A stretch of DNA of 64,000 nucleotides from Gemmatimonadales bacterium (GTDB taxonomy: Bacteria; Gemmatimonadota; Gemmatimonadetes; Gemmatimonadales; GWC2-71-9): assembly GCA_040877595.1 (NCBI GenBank), contig JBBDNM010000053.1, positions 6,560-70,559 on the forward strand. The letters run 5' to 3'. Position numbers and translations under genes: made by a program. Position 1 is the stretch's first letter; every line of letters begins with the position of its first letter. This document shows, piece by piece, positions 53,978-62,280 of the stretch. Below the pieces are notes generated by a model. That model was not told the origin of the DNA, made no database searches, and saw only the letters and a program-made list of their open reading frames with translations.

Positions 53978-54646
53978 CTAGACCTCCGTCCCGCAACGTG
54001 CCTTGAGTGTGCGAATGGCCGCAACAGGATCCTTGGTACCGAACACGGCGGATCCGGCCACAAACACTTGGGCGCCTGCCCGCCATGCGCGCCCGATCGT
54101 GTCGGGTGTGATGCCCCCATCTACCTGCAGGTACGCCTGACTCTGGCGACGGTCGAGCAGGGCGCGCGCGCGCGCAATCTTGTCATCGGACGACGCGATG
54201 TAGGACTGGCCGCTGTAACCCGGGTTCACCGTCATAATAAGCAACAGGTCCATATCGGCGACCAATTCCTCCGCATGCGCGAGCGGCGTGCCCGGGTTGA
54301 GCGCAAGGCCGGCCAGCAGACCGCGCTCACGGGCCGCCGCCAGCAATCGCTGCGGGTGGCGTGTCGCCTCCGGGTGAAACGTGAAGACGTTGGCCCCCGC
54401 CTCGACGAACGGCTCGAGATACCGCTCCGGCTCCTCCACCATGAGGTGCACGTCCACCGGCTTGTCCGTCGCGCGGCGCGCCGTGGCAATCACATCGGCG
54501 CCAAAGCTCAGGTTGGGCACGAAGCGCCCATCCATGACGTCCACATGAATCCAGTCGGCGCCACCGTTGGCCACTATCGTGATCGCCTCGGTGAGATCCC
54601 CAAAGTCGGCGCTCAGGATGCTCGGCGCGATGAGGGGGGCGGTCAT
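53978..54646 (-). CDS. rpe: Ribulose-phosphate 3-epimerase
   Basis: IAPSILSADFG, HVDVMDGRFVPN, TVNPGYSGQ and VDGGI motifs. Confidence 0.92.
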   Translation of the reverse strand: MTAPLIAPSILSADFGDLTEAITIVANGGADWIHVDVMDGRFVPNLSFGADVIATARRATDKPVDVHLMVEEPERYLEPFVEAGANVFTFHPEATRHPQRLLAAARERGLLAGLALNPGTPLAHAEELVADMDLLLIMTVNPGYSGQSYIASSDDKIARARALLDRRQSQAYLQVDGGITPDTIGRAWRAGAQVFVAGSAVFGTKDPVAAIRTLKARCGTEV

Positions 54647-55485
54647 GGGTTCTCCCGTCGCGCTATGCGGACTTCCACGGCGGCTCCCGGCGGCGCGAGC
54701 GTGCCGGGATCGGGGCGCTGATAGATAATCGTGCCAGGGGTCACTGTGGGGTCCGTCCGCATGAAGTAGGCACCGAGCGCGAGGTTCAGCGAATCCAGCA
54801 CGTAGCGTGCGTCATCCAGCGTCCGGCCCCGCAGGTCGGGGATGCGGATGGTGGCGCGGCCCACGCTCACCACGAGCGTGATGTTGGCACCGGGGGGTAG
54901 CGTGGCCCCAGCGGGCGGACGCGTGTTGACCGCCACGTTCGCCGGGGTTGGCGCGGGCGCGGTTTCCACGCTGCCCACGTTGAGCCCTGCGGACTCCAGC
55001 AGCATGCGCGCAATCTGCACGTCATACCCGGCCACGTCAGGCACCGCGACACGCTGCGGTCCGGCACTCGTGCGCACCATTACGGACGTGCCTTCCGGGG
55101 CCACGAGGTCCGGCGGCGGATCCTGCCAGGCCACCACGCCGGCCGGCAGATCGGGGTGCTGCATACGGCCTTCTTCGATGATCCGGAACCCGCGTTGCGT
55201 GAGCCGTTCGGTGGCCTGCTCGGTTGAGAGGCCGCGCAGGTTGGGAATCTCGGTGCTGGCCGCAAAAATGGGCGCAGGAAACAGGACCAACGCCGCGACG
55301 AGATAGCCCACGATACTCGTCCCCACGAGAATCCCCAGGGCCACCATCCCGAACCGACGGTCGGCATTCCTGAACAGGCCCTTCACCCATGCGGGCATGG
55401 CCAGCCGCATCGTGCGCGGCCACCGAGGCGCTGGCGTGCCAGACGACGTGCGACGACCGGTCGCGAATCGGCGCGGGATCTTCAC
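54643..55485 (-). CDS. Membrane-anchored protein with three PASTA domains and no kinase or transpeptidase domain
   Basis: TM MVALGILVGTSIVGYLVAALVLF, then three repeats of the PASTA pattern (IPNLRGLSTEQATERL..., VAVPDVAGYDVQIARMLLESAGL..., IRIPDLRGRTLDDARYVLDSLNL...). GTG 55485 in a GTGA overlap with rsmB. Confidence 0.8.
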   Translation of the reverse strand: MKIPRRFATGRRTSSGTPAPRWPRTMRLAMPAWVKGLFRNADRRFGMVALGILVGTSIVGYLVAALVLFPAPIFAASTEIPNLRGLSTEQATERLTQRGFRIIEEGRMQHPDLPAGVVAWQDPPPDLVAPEGTSVMVRTSAGPQRVAVPDVAGYDVQIARMLLESAGLNVGSVETAPAPTPANVAVNTRPPAGATLPPGANITLVVSVGRATIRIPDLRGRTLDDARYVLDSLNLALGAYFMRTDPTVTPGTIIYQRPDPGTLAPPGAAVEVRIARRENP

Positions 55486-56714
55486 GCGACGCGCTCCATG
55501 CGCGCAGCGTACGCCCCATCCGTGCCCGCGTCAGGCGGGAACACGACAAGGTCGTCTACGGTGCGGCAAAACCGCGGGTCCTGGCCCAGGAAGTCGTTGA
55601 CCTGCATGCCGTTCTCTTCGGGTTCAAGCGAGCACGTTATGTATACCAGCAGTCCCCCCTCCCGGACAGTCTCGGCCGCCCCCCTGAGCAAGCCCCCCTG
55701 CCGCTCGGCTAATCGGGCAATATCCCCTTCCTCGATCCGCCACCGGGCATCGGCATGCTTGGCGAACGTCCCGGTCGCACTGCAGGGCACATCCAGCAAC
55801 ACCGCATCGAACTGTCCCAACCCGAACGGCGGGCGCGTCGCGTCGGCGGCCACTACGGCCACCGAAGGTGCGGCCCTTCGCACGGTACCCACCAACCGCG
55901 GCAAACGTGCCCGCGCCCGCTCGCCGGCTACCACGCGTCGCCCCGCGGCCAGCGCCGCCGCCTTGCCGCCCGGCGCCGCACACGCATCCCAGATCAGGGT
56001 TCCTTCGGGAATCGCCGCGAATGCGACTACCGACCCCTGCGCGGGGTCCTGCACAATGAACCCGCCCTCGGCGAATCCCGGCAGGTCTGTGACGCGGCAC
56101 CCGCGCACCGCGAGGCCGTAGTCCGTCTCGTGAAACGGAATGTCCGCCTCGGCGAACGCCGTCACCAGTTGCTGGTGCGTCCACCGGGTCGGCCGCACAT
56201 GGACCGCGGGCGCCCGGTTGTTGTGCTCGAGCAGGCGGGACGTGCTGGCCGGACCATATCGCGCGACCCACCGGGCGACGAGCCACGACGGGTGCGAAAA
56301 CCGTGTCGCCAGATCCGCGCCTGGTGGCAGCGGAGGCACCCCCTCCCGCACAAGCCGCCGCAACACCGCGTTGACCAAGCCCGACACCTTGGTGCCCACG
56401 GTCTGTTTCGCCACCTCGACCGTGTCGTTGACCACGGCGTACTCCGGCACGCGATCCAAACCGATCACCTGCCACGCGCCGAGGCGCAGGAGATCTTTCG
56501 TGTCGTCCCCCACCCGCATCCACGGCGCCGTGACCAGCGGTACGAGGGCGGCATCAAGCCGACTGCGGTTGCGGAGCACGCCGGCCGCCAGTTCATGCGC
56601 GAGGCCGCGGTCCACCGGGGGCAGATCACCAAGATGAGCGTCCAGGGCTTCGTCGAAATGCGCGCCCGCCCGTACCGCCCGCAGTATGGCAAACGCCGCG
56701 GCGCGCGCGGTCAG
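55482..56714 (-). CDS. rsmB: 16S rRNA (cytosine-C5)-methyltransferase RsmB/Sun; proposed CTG start
   Basis: NusB-like N-domain plus methyltransferase motifs (DACAAPGGKAAAL, LLDVPCSATG, YITCSLEPEENG). The first canonical start (GTG 56615) would delete the conserved first helices. CTG 56714 overlaps the thiG TGA. Confidence 0.85.
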   Translation of the reverse strand: MTARAAAFAILRAVRAGAHFDEALDAHLGDLPPVDRGLAHELAAGVLRNRSRLDAALVPLVTAPWMRVGDDTKDLLRLGAWQVIGLDRVPEYAVVNDTVEVAKQTVGTKVSGLVNAVLRRLVREGVPPLPPGADLATRFSHPSWLVARWVARYGPASTSRLLEHNNRAPAVHVRPTRWTHQQLVTAFAEADIPFHETDYGLAVRGCRVTDLPGFAEGGFIVQDPAQGSVVAFAAIPEGTLIWDACAAPGGKAAALAAGRRVVAGERARARLPRLVGTVRRAAPSVAVVAADATRPPFGLGQFDAVLLDVPCSATGTFAKHADARWRIEEGDIARLAERQGGLLRGAAETVREGGLLVYITCSLEPEENGMQVNDFLGQDPRFCRTVDDLVVFPPDAGTDGAYAARMERVA

Positions 56715-57478
56715 TCGAGCATCCCGGTGGTGGGTGACGACGGCACCGCCACCTCGCGCCGTGGCATGCGGCCCGCCAGGTACGCGGCGCGTCCCGCCTC
56801 AACTGCCAGCCTCATGGCCGCTGCCATCCCGACCGGATCCTGCGCCGACGCAATGGCCGTGTTCATAAGAATGCCGTCCACGCCCTGTTCCATCGTGATG
56901 CACGCGTCCGACGCCGTGCCCACGCCCGCATCCACGAGGACCGGCACCGACAGGCGCGCCTTGATGGTACGGATGGCATACGGATTCAGGAGGCCGAGTC
57001 CGCTGCCGATCGGCGAGGCGAGCGGCATCACCGCCGCGGCACCGGCATCTTCCAGTCGCAGGGCCGTGACCAGATCGTCGTTAGTGTAGGCCATTACCTG
57101 AAAGCCTTCGGCGGCCAGGGTCTTCGTGGCTTCGATCAACCCCTGGACATCAGGCAGCAGGGTCGCTTCGTCGCCGATCACTTCGAGCTTCACGAAATCG
57201 TTGAACCCGGCTTCACGCCCGAGCCGCGCGTACCGCATGGCATCGTCCGCCGTGTAGCACCCCGCGGTGTTGGCAAGCAGGAAATACTTCGCGGGGTCCA
57301 CATGGTAGAGAATGCCTTCCTGTTTGGTGCGATCCAGATCCACGCGGCGTACCGCCACTGTCACGATGTCGGCGCCCGACGCTTCGTGGGCGCGGACCAT
57401 CGTGGGCATGTCCGGATACTTGCCGGTGCCCACCAACAAACGGGAGCGGAACGTGCGGCCGCCGACGGTGAGCGGCAT
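56711..57478 (-). CDS. thiG: Thiazole synthase
   Basis: SRLLVGTGKY, VTVAVRR, NTAGC and MPLASPIGSGLG motifs. Confidence 0.92.
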   Translation of the reverse strand: MPLTVGGRTFRSRLLVGTGKYPDMPTMVRAHEASGADIVTVAVRRVDLDRTKQEGILYHVDPAKYFLLANTAGCYTADDAMRYARLGREAGFNDFVKLEVIGDEATLLPDVQGLIEATKTLAAEGFQVMAYTNDDLVTALRLEDAGAAAVMPLASPIGSGLGLLNPYAIRTIKARLSVPVLVDAGVGTASDACITMEQGVDGILMNTAIASAQDPVGMAAAMRLAVEAGRAAYLAGRMPRREVAVPSSPTTGMLD

Positions 57479-57687
57479 CAGCCGCCTCCCACAAAGTGCA
57501 CGACCTCGACCGAATCCCCATCGCGCACCGGCGTGGACGCGAGCGCCTCCCGCCGCACGATGTGGCGGTTGATCTCCACTACGACCGAGCGCGGGTCCAG
57601 GTCCAGGGCCTCAAGCAGGGCCTGTGCGTGGGGGACCGCCGGGACCGTCCGAGCCGAGCCATTGAGCGTGAGCGACAGCGTACTCAT
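57478..57687 (-). CDS. thiS: Sulfur-carrier protein ThiS
   Basis: 69 aa from ATG 57687. LNG...V.R........L..GD.VE..H.VGGG with the terminal Gly-Gly. Overlaps thiE and thiG. Confidence 0.8.
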   Translation of the reverse strand: MSTLSLTLNGSARTVPAVPHAQALLEALDLDPRSVVVEINRHIVRREALASTPVRDGDSVEVVHFVGGG

Positions 57688-58277
57688 GGGTCGAAAGATA
57701 GCAGGAACGCGTGGGCCGCAGCCCCGGCGTCCGGGGCATCCCACAGGGCGGAAACAGCCGCAATGCCGATGGCGCCGGCTTGAACGGCTTCGCGGGCGCG
57801 CACGGGCGTCAGCCCGCCGATCGCGACCACCCGCGGTCCGGCCCCGCGCAGGGCCTCGGCTCCCAGCGCAGGGCGGTCAGCATGCGAGGCCGTGGGCCAG
57901 ATCGGTCCGAGGAATGCCCAGTCGGCGGTGGACGCCAAGGCGGACATCGCGGTGTGGGTGGATTGACCGACCCACCACGGCGTCGGCCCGGCCTCCCGCG
58001 CCGCATGCACCGGCATCCCGTTCGCAGGGAGGTGGACGCCCGCGGCCCCCACGAGCGCGGCCACGTCGGCACGGTCGTTCACAATGACTTGAGTGCCGGA
58101 CTCGGCGGCCAGGGCCACCAGTCGGTCGGTGATCTTGAGCGCGAACGCGCCGTCGCGTCGAGTGCGGACATGCAGGGCGACCGCTGGGCCCAGCGCCATG
58201 GCGCGGGCGCGGTCGAGAAAGTCCGGCAGGGCGAGCACGCGGTCGTCGGTCACCGCGTGCAGGCGGGGGAGGGTCAT
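57684..58277 (-). CDS. thiE: Thiamine-phosphate synthase
   Basis: LHAVTD, VNDRADVA, LGPIWPT and AIGGL motifs. ATGA overlaps on both sides. Confidence 0.85.
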   Translation of the reverse strand: MTLPRLHAVTDDRVLALPDFLDRARAMALGPAVALHVRTRRDGAFALKITDRLVALAAESGTQVIVNDRADVAALVGAAGVHLPANGMPVHAAREAGPTPWWVGQSTHTAMSALASTADWAFLGPIWPTASHADRPALGAEALRGAGPRVVAIGGLTPVRAREAVQAGAIGIAAVSALWDAPDAGAAAHAFLLSFDP

Positions 58278-59206
58278 CCCAGGCGGGCGCCGGGCGTGAT
58301 CGCGCGGCCGCGGGCCCAGTCGGGCGCGCCCATGCGGCCTTTGCCTTCCGGCTGCACGTCGAGCACCTGCAGCGCGTCCTGGCCGGTGGCGATGATCAGT
58401 CCCGGCTTCACCTCGAGTACGGTGCCCGGTGCCGCGTCGGTCGGGCCGCCCTCGCGGGCGCCGAACAGCTTGAGCCGCTTGCCCTCGTAGGTGGTCCACG
58501 CGCCCGGCCTGGGATCGAGCGCGCGCAGCTGTCGGGCAATGCGATCCGCGGGCTCTTCCCACCGCACCCGCGCCTGTTCCTGATCAATCTTGGGAGCGTA
58601 GGTCGCGCGCTCGTGATCCTGCGGCGCGGGGCGCAGTTCGCCCACCGAATGCAACGCCAGCGCCTCGATCAGAGCCATCGCGCCCAGCTCCGCCAAGCGC
58701 TCGGTGAGTTCGCCCGCCGTCTCATCAGGCGCGATCGGCGTGGGGGCGGTCAGTAGCACCGGGCCCGTGTCCATGCCTTCGTCCAACTGCATGATGGAAA
58801 CGCCGGTCGTCTCCAAGCCCTGCAACAGCGCGTGTTGAATGGGGGCAGCGCCACGCAGCGCGGGCAGGAGGGACGCGTGCACGTTCACCATGCCGCGGGT
58901 CGGCAGGGCGAGCAGGTCCGGTTTGAGGATATGTCCGTAGGCCACCACCACGCCCAAGTCGGGCGCGTAGGCGCGCAGGGCGTCCATCGCGTCGGGCGTG
59001 CTGGGCGTATCGGGCTGCAGGACAGGGAGCCCGTGTTCGCGCGCCACTTCCTTGACGGGCGGTGGCACGAGCTGGGAGCGGGAACGCCCTTGGGGTCGGT
59101 CGGGTTGGGTCACCACCACCGCCACATCAAATCCCTCGCCGAGCAGGGCGCGAAGCGAGGGCACCGCAAAATCCGGCGTTCCGAAAAACGCGATGCGGAG
59201 ACTCAT
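58274..59206 (-). CDS. fmt: Methionyl-tRNA formyltransferase
   Basis: IAFFGTPDFAVPSL, VVTQPDRPQGR and NVHASLLPALRGAAPI motifs. Confidence 0.92.
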   Translation of the reverse strand: MSLRIAFFGTPDFAVPSLRALLGEGFDVAVVVTQPDRPQGRSRSQLVPPPVKEVAREHGLPVLQPDTPSTPDAMDALRAYAPDLGVVVAYGHILKPDLLALPTRGMVNVHASLLPALRGAAPIQHALLQGLETTGVSIMQLDEGMDTGPVLLTAPTPIAPDETAGELTERLAELGAMALIEALALHSVGELRPAPQDHERATYAPKIDQEQARVRWEEPADRIARQLRALDPRPGAWTTYEGKRLKLFGAREGGPTDAAPGTVLEVKPGLIIATGQDALQVLDVQPEGKGRMGAPDWARGRAITPGARLG

Positions 59207-59730
59207 CCGCCCTTCGGTACCACCTCGCGCGTGTGGCCCACGCTTCCGGCACGCATCTTCTGCCACTTCCGCGTGAGGATGCGGCGCTTGAGTGGGCTCA
59301 GGCGGTCGAAAAAGAGAATGCCATCCAGGTGGTCAATCTCGTGCTGGATCGCGCGGGCCTTGAACCCTTCGGCCTCGACTCGCGTACGCGCGCCGTCCAG
59401 GGTCGTGGTCTCGATCAGTACGCGCTGAGCCCGTTCCACGTCGGCGAACACCTCGGGAATGGAGAGGCATCCTTCTTCCTCCACCTGGCTGCCCGACCGT
59501 TCGAGGATCACCGGGTTGATGAGGATTAACGGATCGTTCCCCGTGTCCACCACGGCGACCCGTTCCGCCACCCCCACTTGGTTGGCCGCGAGCCCGACGC
59601 CCCCGTCGGCGCGCATCGTGTGGAACAAGTCGTCCACGAAGTGGCGCACCTGATCGGTGACCTCAGGGATCGCGCGCGCCCGCTCACGCAACACGGGCGA
59701 GCCGAGCAGGTGGATGGGCAACAACGTCAC
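59203..59730 (-). CDS. def: Peptide deformylase
   Basis: GVGLAANQVG, EGCLSIP and QHEIDHLDG motifs. Confidence 0.92.
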   Translation of the reverse strand: MTLLPIHLLGSPVLRERARAIPEVTDQVRHFVDDLFHTMRADGGVGLAANQVGVAERVAVVDTGNDPLILINPVILERSGSQVEEEGCLSIPEVFADVERAQRVLIETTTLDGARTRVEAEGFKARAIQHEIDHLDGILFFDRLSPLKRRILTRKWQKMRAGSVGHTREVVPKGG

Positions 59731-60077
59731 GTCGTGCTGGCTCCAGCGCTGGCTCCGGGTGCTTCCACGTTGCCGACGCGGGAAATCCGGCCGCGCAGCA
59801 CGATGATCCGGGTCTCGCCCGACTTGATGGTGATGTGGTCGTCCTTCAAATGCACCACTTCGCCGACGATGCCGCCGGCCGTCACCACCTGGTCACCCTT
59901 CTTGAGCTGGGTGATCATCTCCTCGTGCTGCTTCTGCTGCTTGCGCTGGGGCCGAATGAAGAAGAAATAGAAAATGAAGCCGAACCCGATGATGTACCAC
60001 AGGGTGATCATCAGGCCCCGGCCGCCGGCGTTGGGCGGTGGGGCGGCCTGAAACAACAGGGGCAGCAGCGTGTTCAC
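59727..60077 (-). CDS. yajC: Preprotein translocase subunit YajC
   Basis: TM followed by IRPQRKQQKQHEEM...L.KGD.V.T.GGI.G.V. GTG 60077 in a GTGA overlap with tgt. Confidence 0.8.
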   Translation of the reverse strand: MNTLLPLLFQAAPPPNAGGRGLMITLWYIIGFGFIFYFFFIRPQRKQQKQHEEMITQLKKGDQVVTAGGIVGEVVHLKDDHITIKSGETRIIVLRGRISRVGNVEAPGASAGASTT

Positions 60078-61210
60078 GCGGTTCTCCGTGCGGTGTAGCG
60101 GGCGAGCCATTCGGCGCGCCACGCGTCAAAGGTGCCGTCCATGATACGGGCGCGCGCGTCCGTCGCGAGCCGGATCAGGTACCGGACGTTGTGCAGCGAC
60201 AAGAGGCGCAGGCCCAGCAGCTCGTCTGCGTGGAACAAGTGCCGCAGATAGCCCCGGCTGTACGTCGTGCACGCCTCGCAGTCACAGTCGGCATCCAGCG
60301 ATCCGGTATCCGTGCGGAATCCGGCGTTCCGGATGTTGATGGGACCATCCGGTGTATAGGCCGACCCGTTCCGCCCATTGCGGGTGGGAGCGACGCAGTC
60401 AAACAGGTCCACTCCGTGCGCCACCGCCGCCACCAGATCTTCAGGGAACCCGACGCCCATAAGATAACGGGGCAGGGGCGGGGGCATATCTGGCACCAAG
60501 GCGTCGAGCGTCTCGTACATCGCCTGACGCGATTCGCCTACGGCGAGCCCGCCAATCGCGAGTCCGGTCCAGTCCCCGGTGTCGAGCACCTGCCGGAGGG
60601 CCGCGTTCCGGAGATCGGGATAGGTGACTCCTTGGATGATGGGCCACAGGGCCTGACGTAGCGGTTCAGCCGCGCCCAGCGAGGCATGGTGGGTCCGGCA
60701 GCGCGCGAGCCAGCGAGTGGTGCGCGCCAAGGCGTCTTCCGCGGCGGACCGGTCGGCCGTGCCGGGGACCACATGGTCCAGCGCCATGGCAATGTCCGGA
60801 CCCAGCGTCCACTGAATGTCCATCGCGCGCTCAGGGGTCAGCCGCCGACGGGCGCCGTCCACGTGCGACGTGAACTCCACCCCGTCGTCATCCACCTTGC
60901 GGAACCCTTCGAGCGAGAACACCTGGAACCCGCCCGAGTCGGTGAGCAGTGGGCGGTCCCACGCCATGAACCGATGCAACCCGCCGAGCGCCTGGACCAC
61001 GTCTTCACCCGGGCGCACATGCAGGTGGTAGGTGTTGGCCAGTACCATCGTGGCACCCGTCGCCCGGAGATCAAACGGCGAGAGCGCGCGCACGGTGCCC
61101 TGCGTGCCCACCGGCATGAAGCACGGGGTCATGACCGGCCCGTGCGGCGTCGCGAGCGATCCCGCACGAGCGGATCCGGCGGTTGCACTGATGGTGAACT
61201 CGAAGCTCAT
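60074..61210 (-). CDS. tgt: Queuine tRNA-ribosyltransferase
   Basis: TPCFMPVGT, LANTYHL, TDSGGFQ and the zinc site CDCEAC...H. Confidence 0.92.
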   Translation of the reverse strand: MSFEFTISATAGSARAGSLATPHGPVMTPCFMPVGTQGTVRALSPFDLRATGATMVLANTYHLHVRPGEDVVQALGGLHRFMAWDRPLLTDSGGFQVFSLEGFRKVDDDGVEFTSHVDGARRRLTPERAMDIQWTLGPDIAMALDHVVPGTADRSAAEDALARTTRWLARCRTHHASLGAAEPLRQALWPIIQGVTYPDLRNAALRQVLDTGDWTGLAIGGLAVGESRQAMYETLDALVPDMPPPLPRYLMGVGFPEDLVAAVAHGVDLFDCVAPTRNGRNGSAYTPDGPINIRNAGFRTDTGSLDADCDCEACTTYSRGYLRHLFHADELLGLRLLSLHNVRYLIRLATDARARIMDGTFDAWRAEWLARYTARRTA

Positions 61211-62280
61211 CGAATGACCATGGCGTCACCGTAACTGTAGAGCCGATACCCCGCCGCCACCGCCTCGCGATACCCCCGTATCGTCAGGTCATATCCGGCG
61301 AACGCGGCCACCAGCATCAGCAAGGTGGAGCGGGGAAGATGGAAGTTGGTGAGCAATCCGTCCACCACGGTGAACTGGTACGGCGGGTAAATGAACAGGT
61401 CCGTCCAGTCTGCAACGCGTCCACGCGTCCACGCATCAACGCGTCCACGGGCTTCCAGCACGCGACATGCCGTCGTCCCCACCGCCCACACCCGACCACC
61501 GGCGGCTTTGGTGGCTCGCACCGTTTCAGCGGTCTCGGCGGGGATCTCGTACCATTCCGCATGCATCACGTGCTCCGCGGGATCGTCCACGTCCACGGGC
61601 TTGAACGTTCCGGGCCCCACGTGCAGCGTGAGCGGCGCGATCGTGATGCCCAGGGCACGAATGGCGTCGAGTACGCCGGGAGTGAAGTGGAGACCCGCGG
61701 TTGGTGCCGCCACCGAACCCTCGGCGCGGGCATATACGGTCTGGTAGCGCTCCGTATCGGACGCTTCGGGGGCGCGATGGATATACGGTGGGAGCGGGAC
61801 CGCACCGTACTGTCCCATGATGGCCCGCGCATCGGCGCCGTGAAACCGCACGCGCCGGAGCCCGCTGCCGAGCACTTCCACGATCTCCGCCCACGGGACA
61901 GGGGGTGAGGTCTCCGCGGAGCGGAGGCCATGGGGAGAAGAGAACTTCAGCCGCCGTCCCGCCTTGAGCTTCCCCCCGGGATGCACCATGGCCCGCCACG
62001 TACCATCGGGTTCTTCGTGCACCAGGAGCAGTTCCGCTGGGCGCCCGTTCTCGCGCGTCGCATGCAACCGGGCGGGGATGACCCGGCTTTCGTTCACCAC
62101 GAGGCAGTCGCCCGGGGCCAACAACGAAGGGAAATCGGTGAACGTGCCGTGTGTGACCTGCTGCTGGGCGCGGTCCACCACGAGCAGACGGCTGCTGCCG
62201 CGCTCGGCCGGTGGGTGCTGGGCGATCAGTTCGGGCGGGTAGTTGTAGTTGAAATCGGCCGCCCGGTACCCTCCGCTCAC
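61207..62280 (-). CDS. queA: S-adenosylmethionine:tRNA ribosyltransferase-isomerase
   Basis: FNYNYPPELIAQHP..RGSSRLLVV, GAVPLPPYI, VAAPTAGLHFT and LTLHVGPGTF motifs. Confidence 0.92.
   Translation of the reverse strand: MSGGYRAADFNYNYPPELIAQHPPAERGSSRLLVVDRAQQQVTHGTFTDFPSLLAPGDCLVVNESRVIPARLHATRENGRPAELLLVHEEPDGTWRAMVHPGGKLKAGRRLKFSSPHGLRSAETSPPVPWAEIVEVLGSGLRRVRFHGADARAIMGQYGAVPLPPYIHRAPEASDTERYQTVYARAEGSVAAPTAGLHFTPGVLDAIRALGITIAPLTLHVGPGTFKPVDVDDPAEHVMHAEWYEIPAETAETVRATKAAGGRVWAVGTTACRVLEARGRVDAWTRGRVADWTDLFIYPPYQFTVVDGLLTNFHLPRSTLLMLVAAFAGYDLTIRGYREAVAAGYRLYSYGDAMVIR

Noticed and set aside
57684-58277. TPP riboswitch upstream of thiE/thiS/thiG
   Set aside because: thiE overlaps fmt by 4 nt and thiS overlaps thiE, so there is no leader sequence in which a riboswitch could sit.
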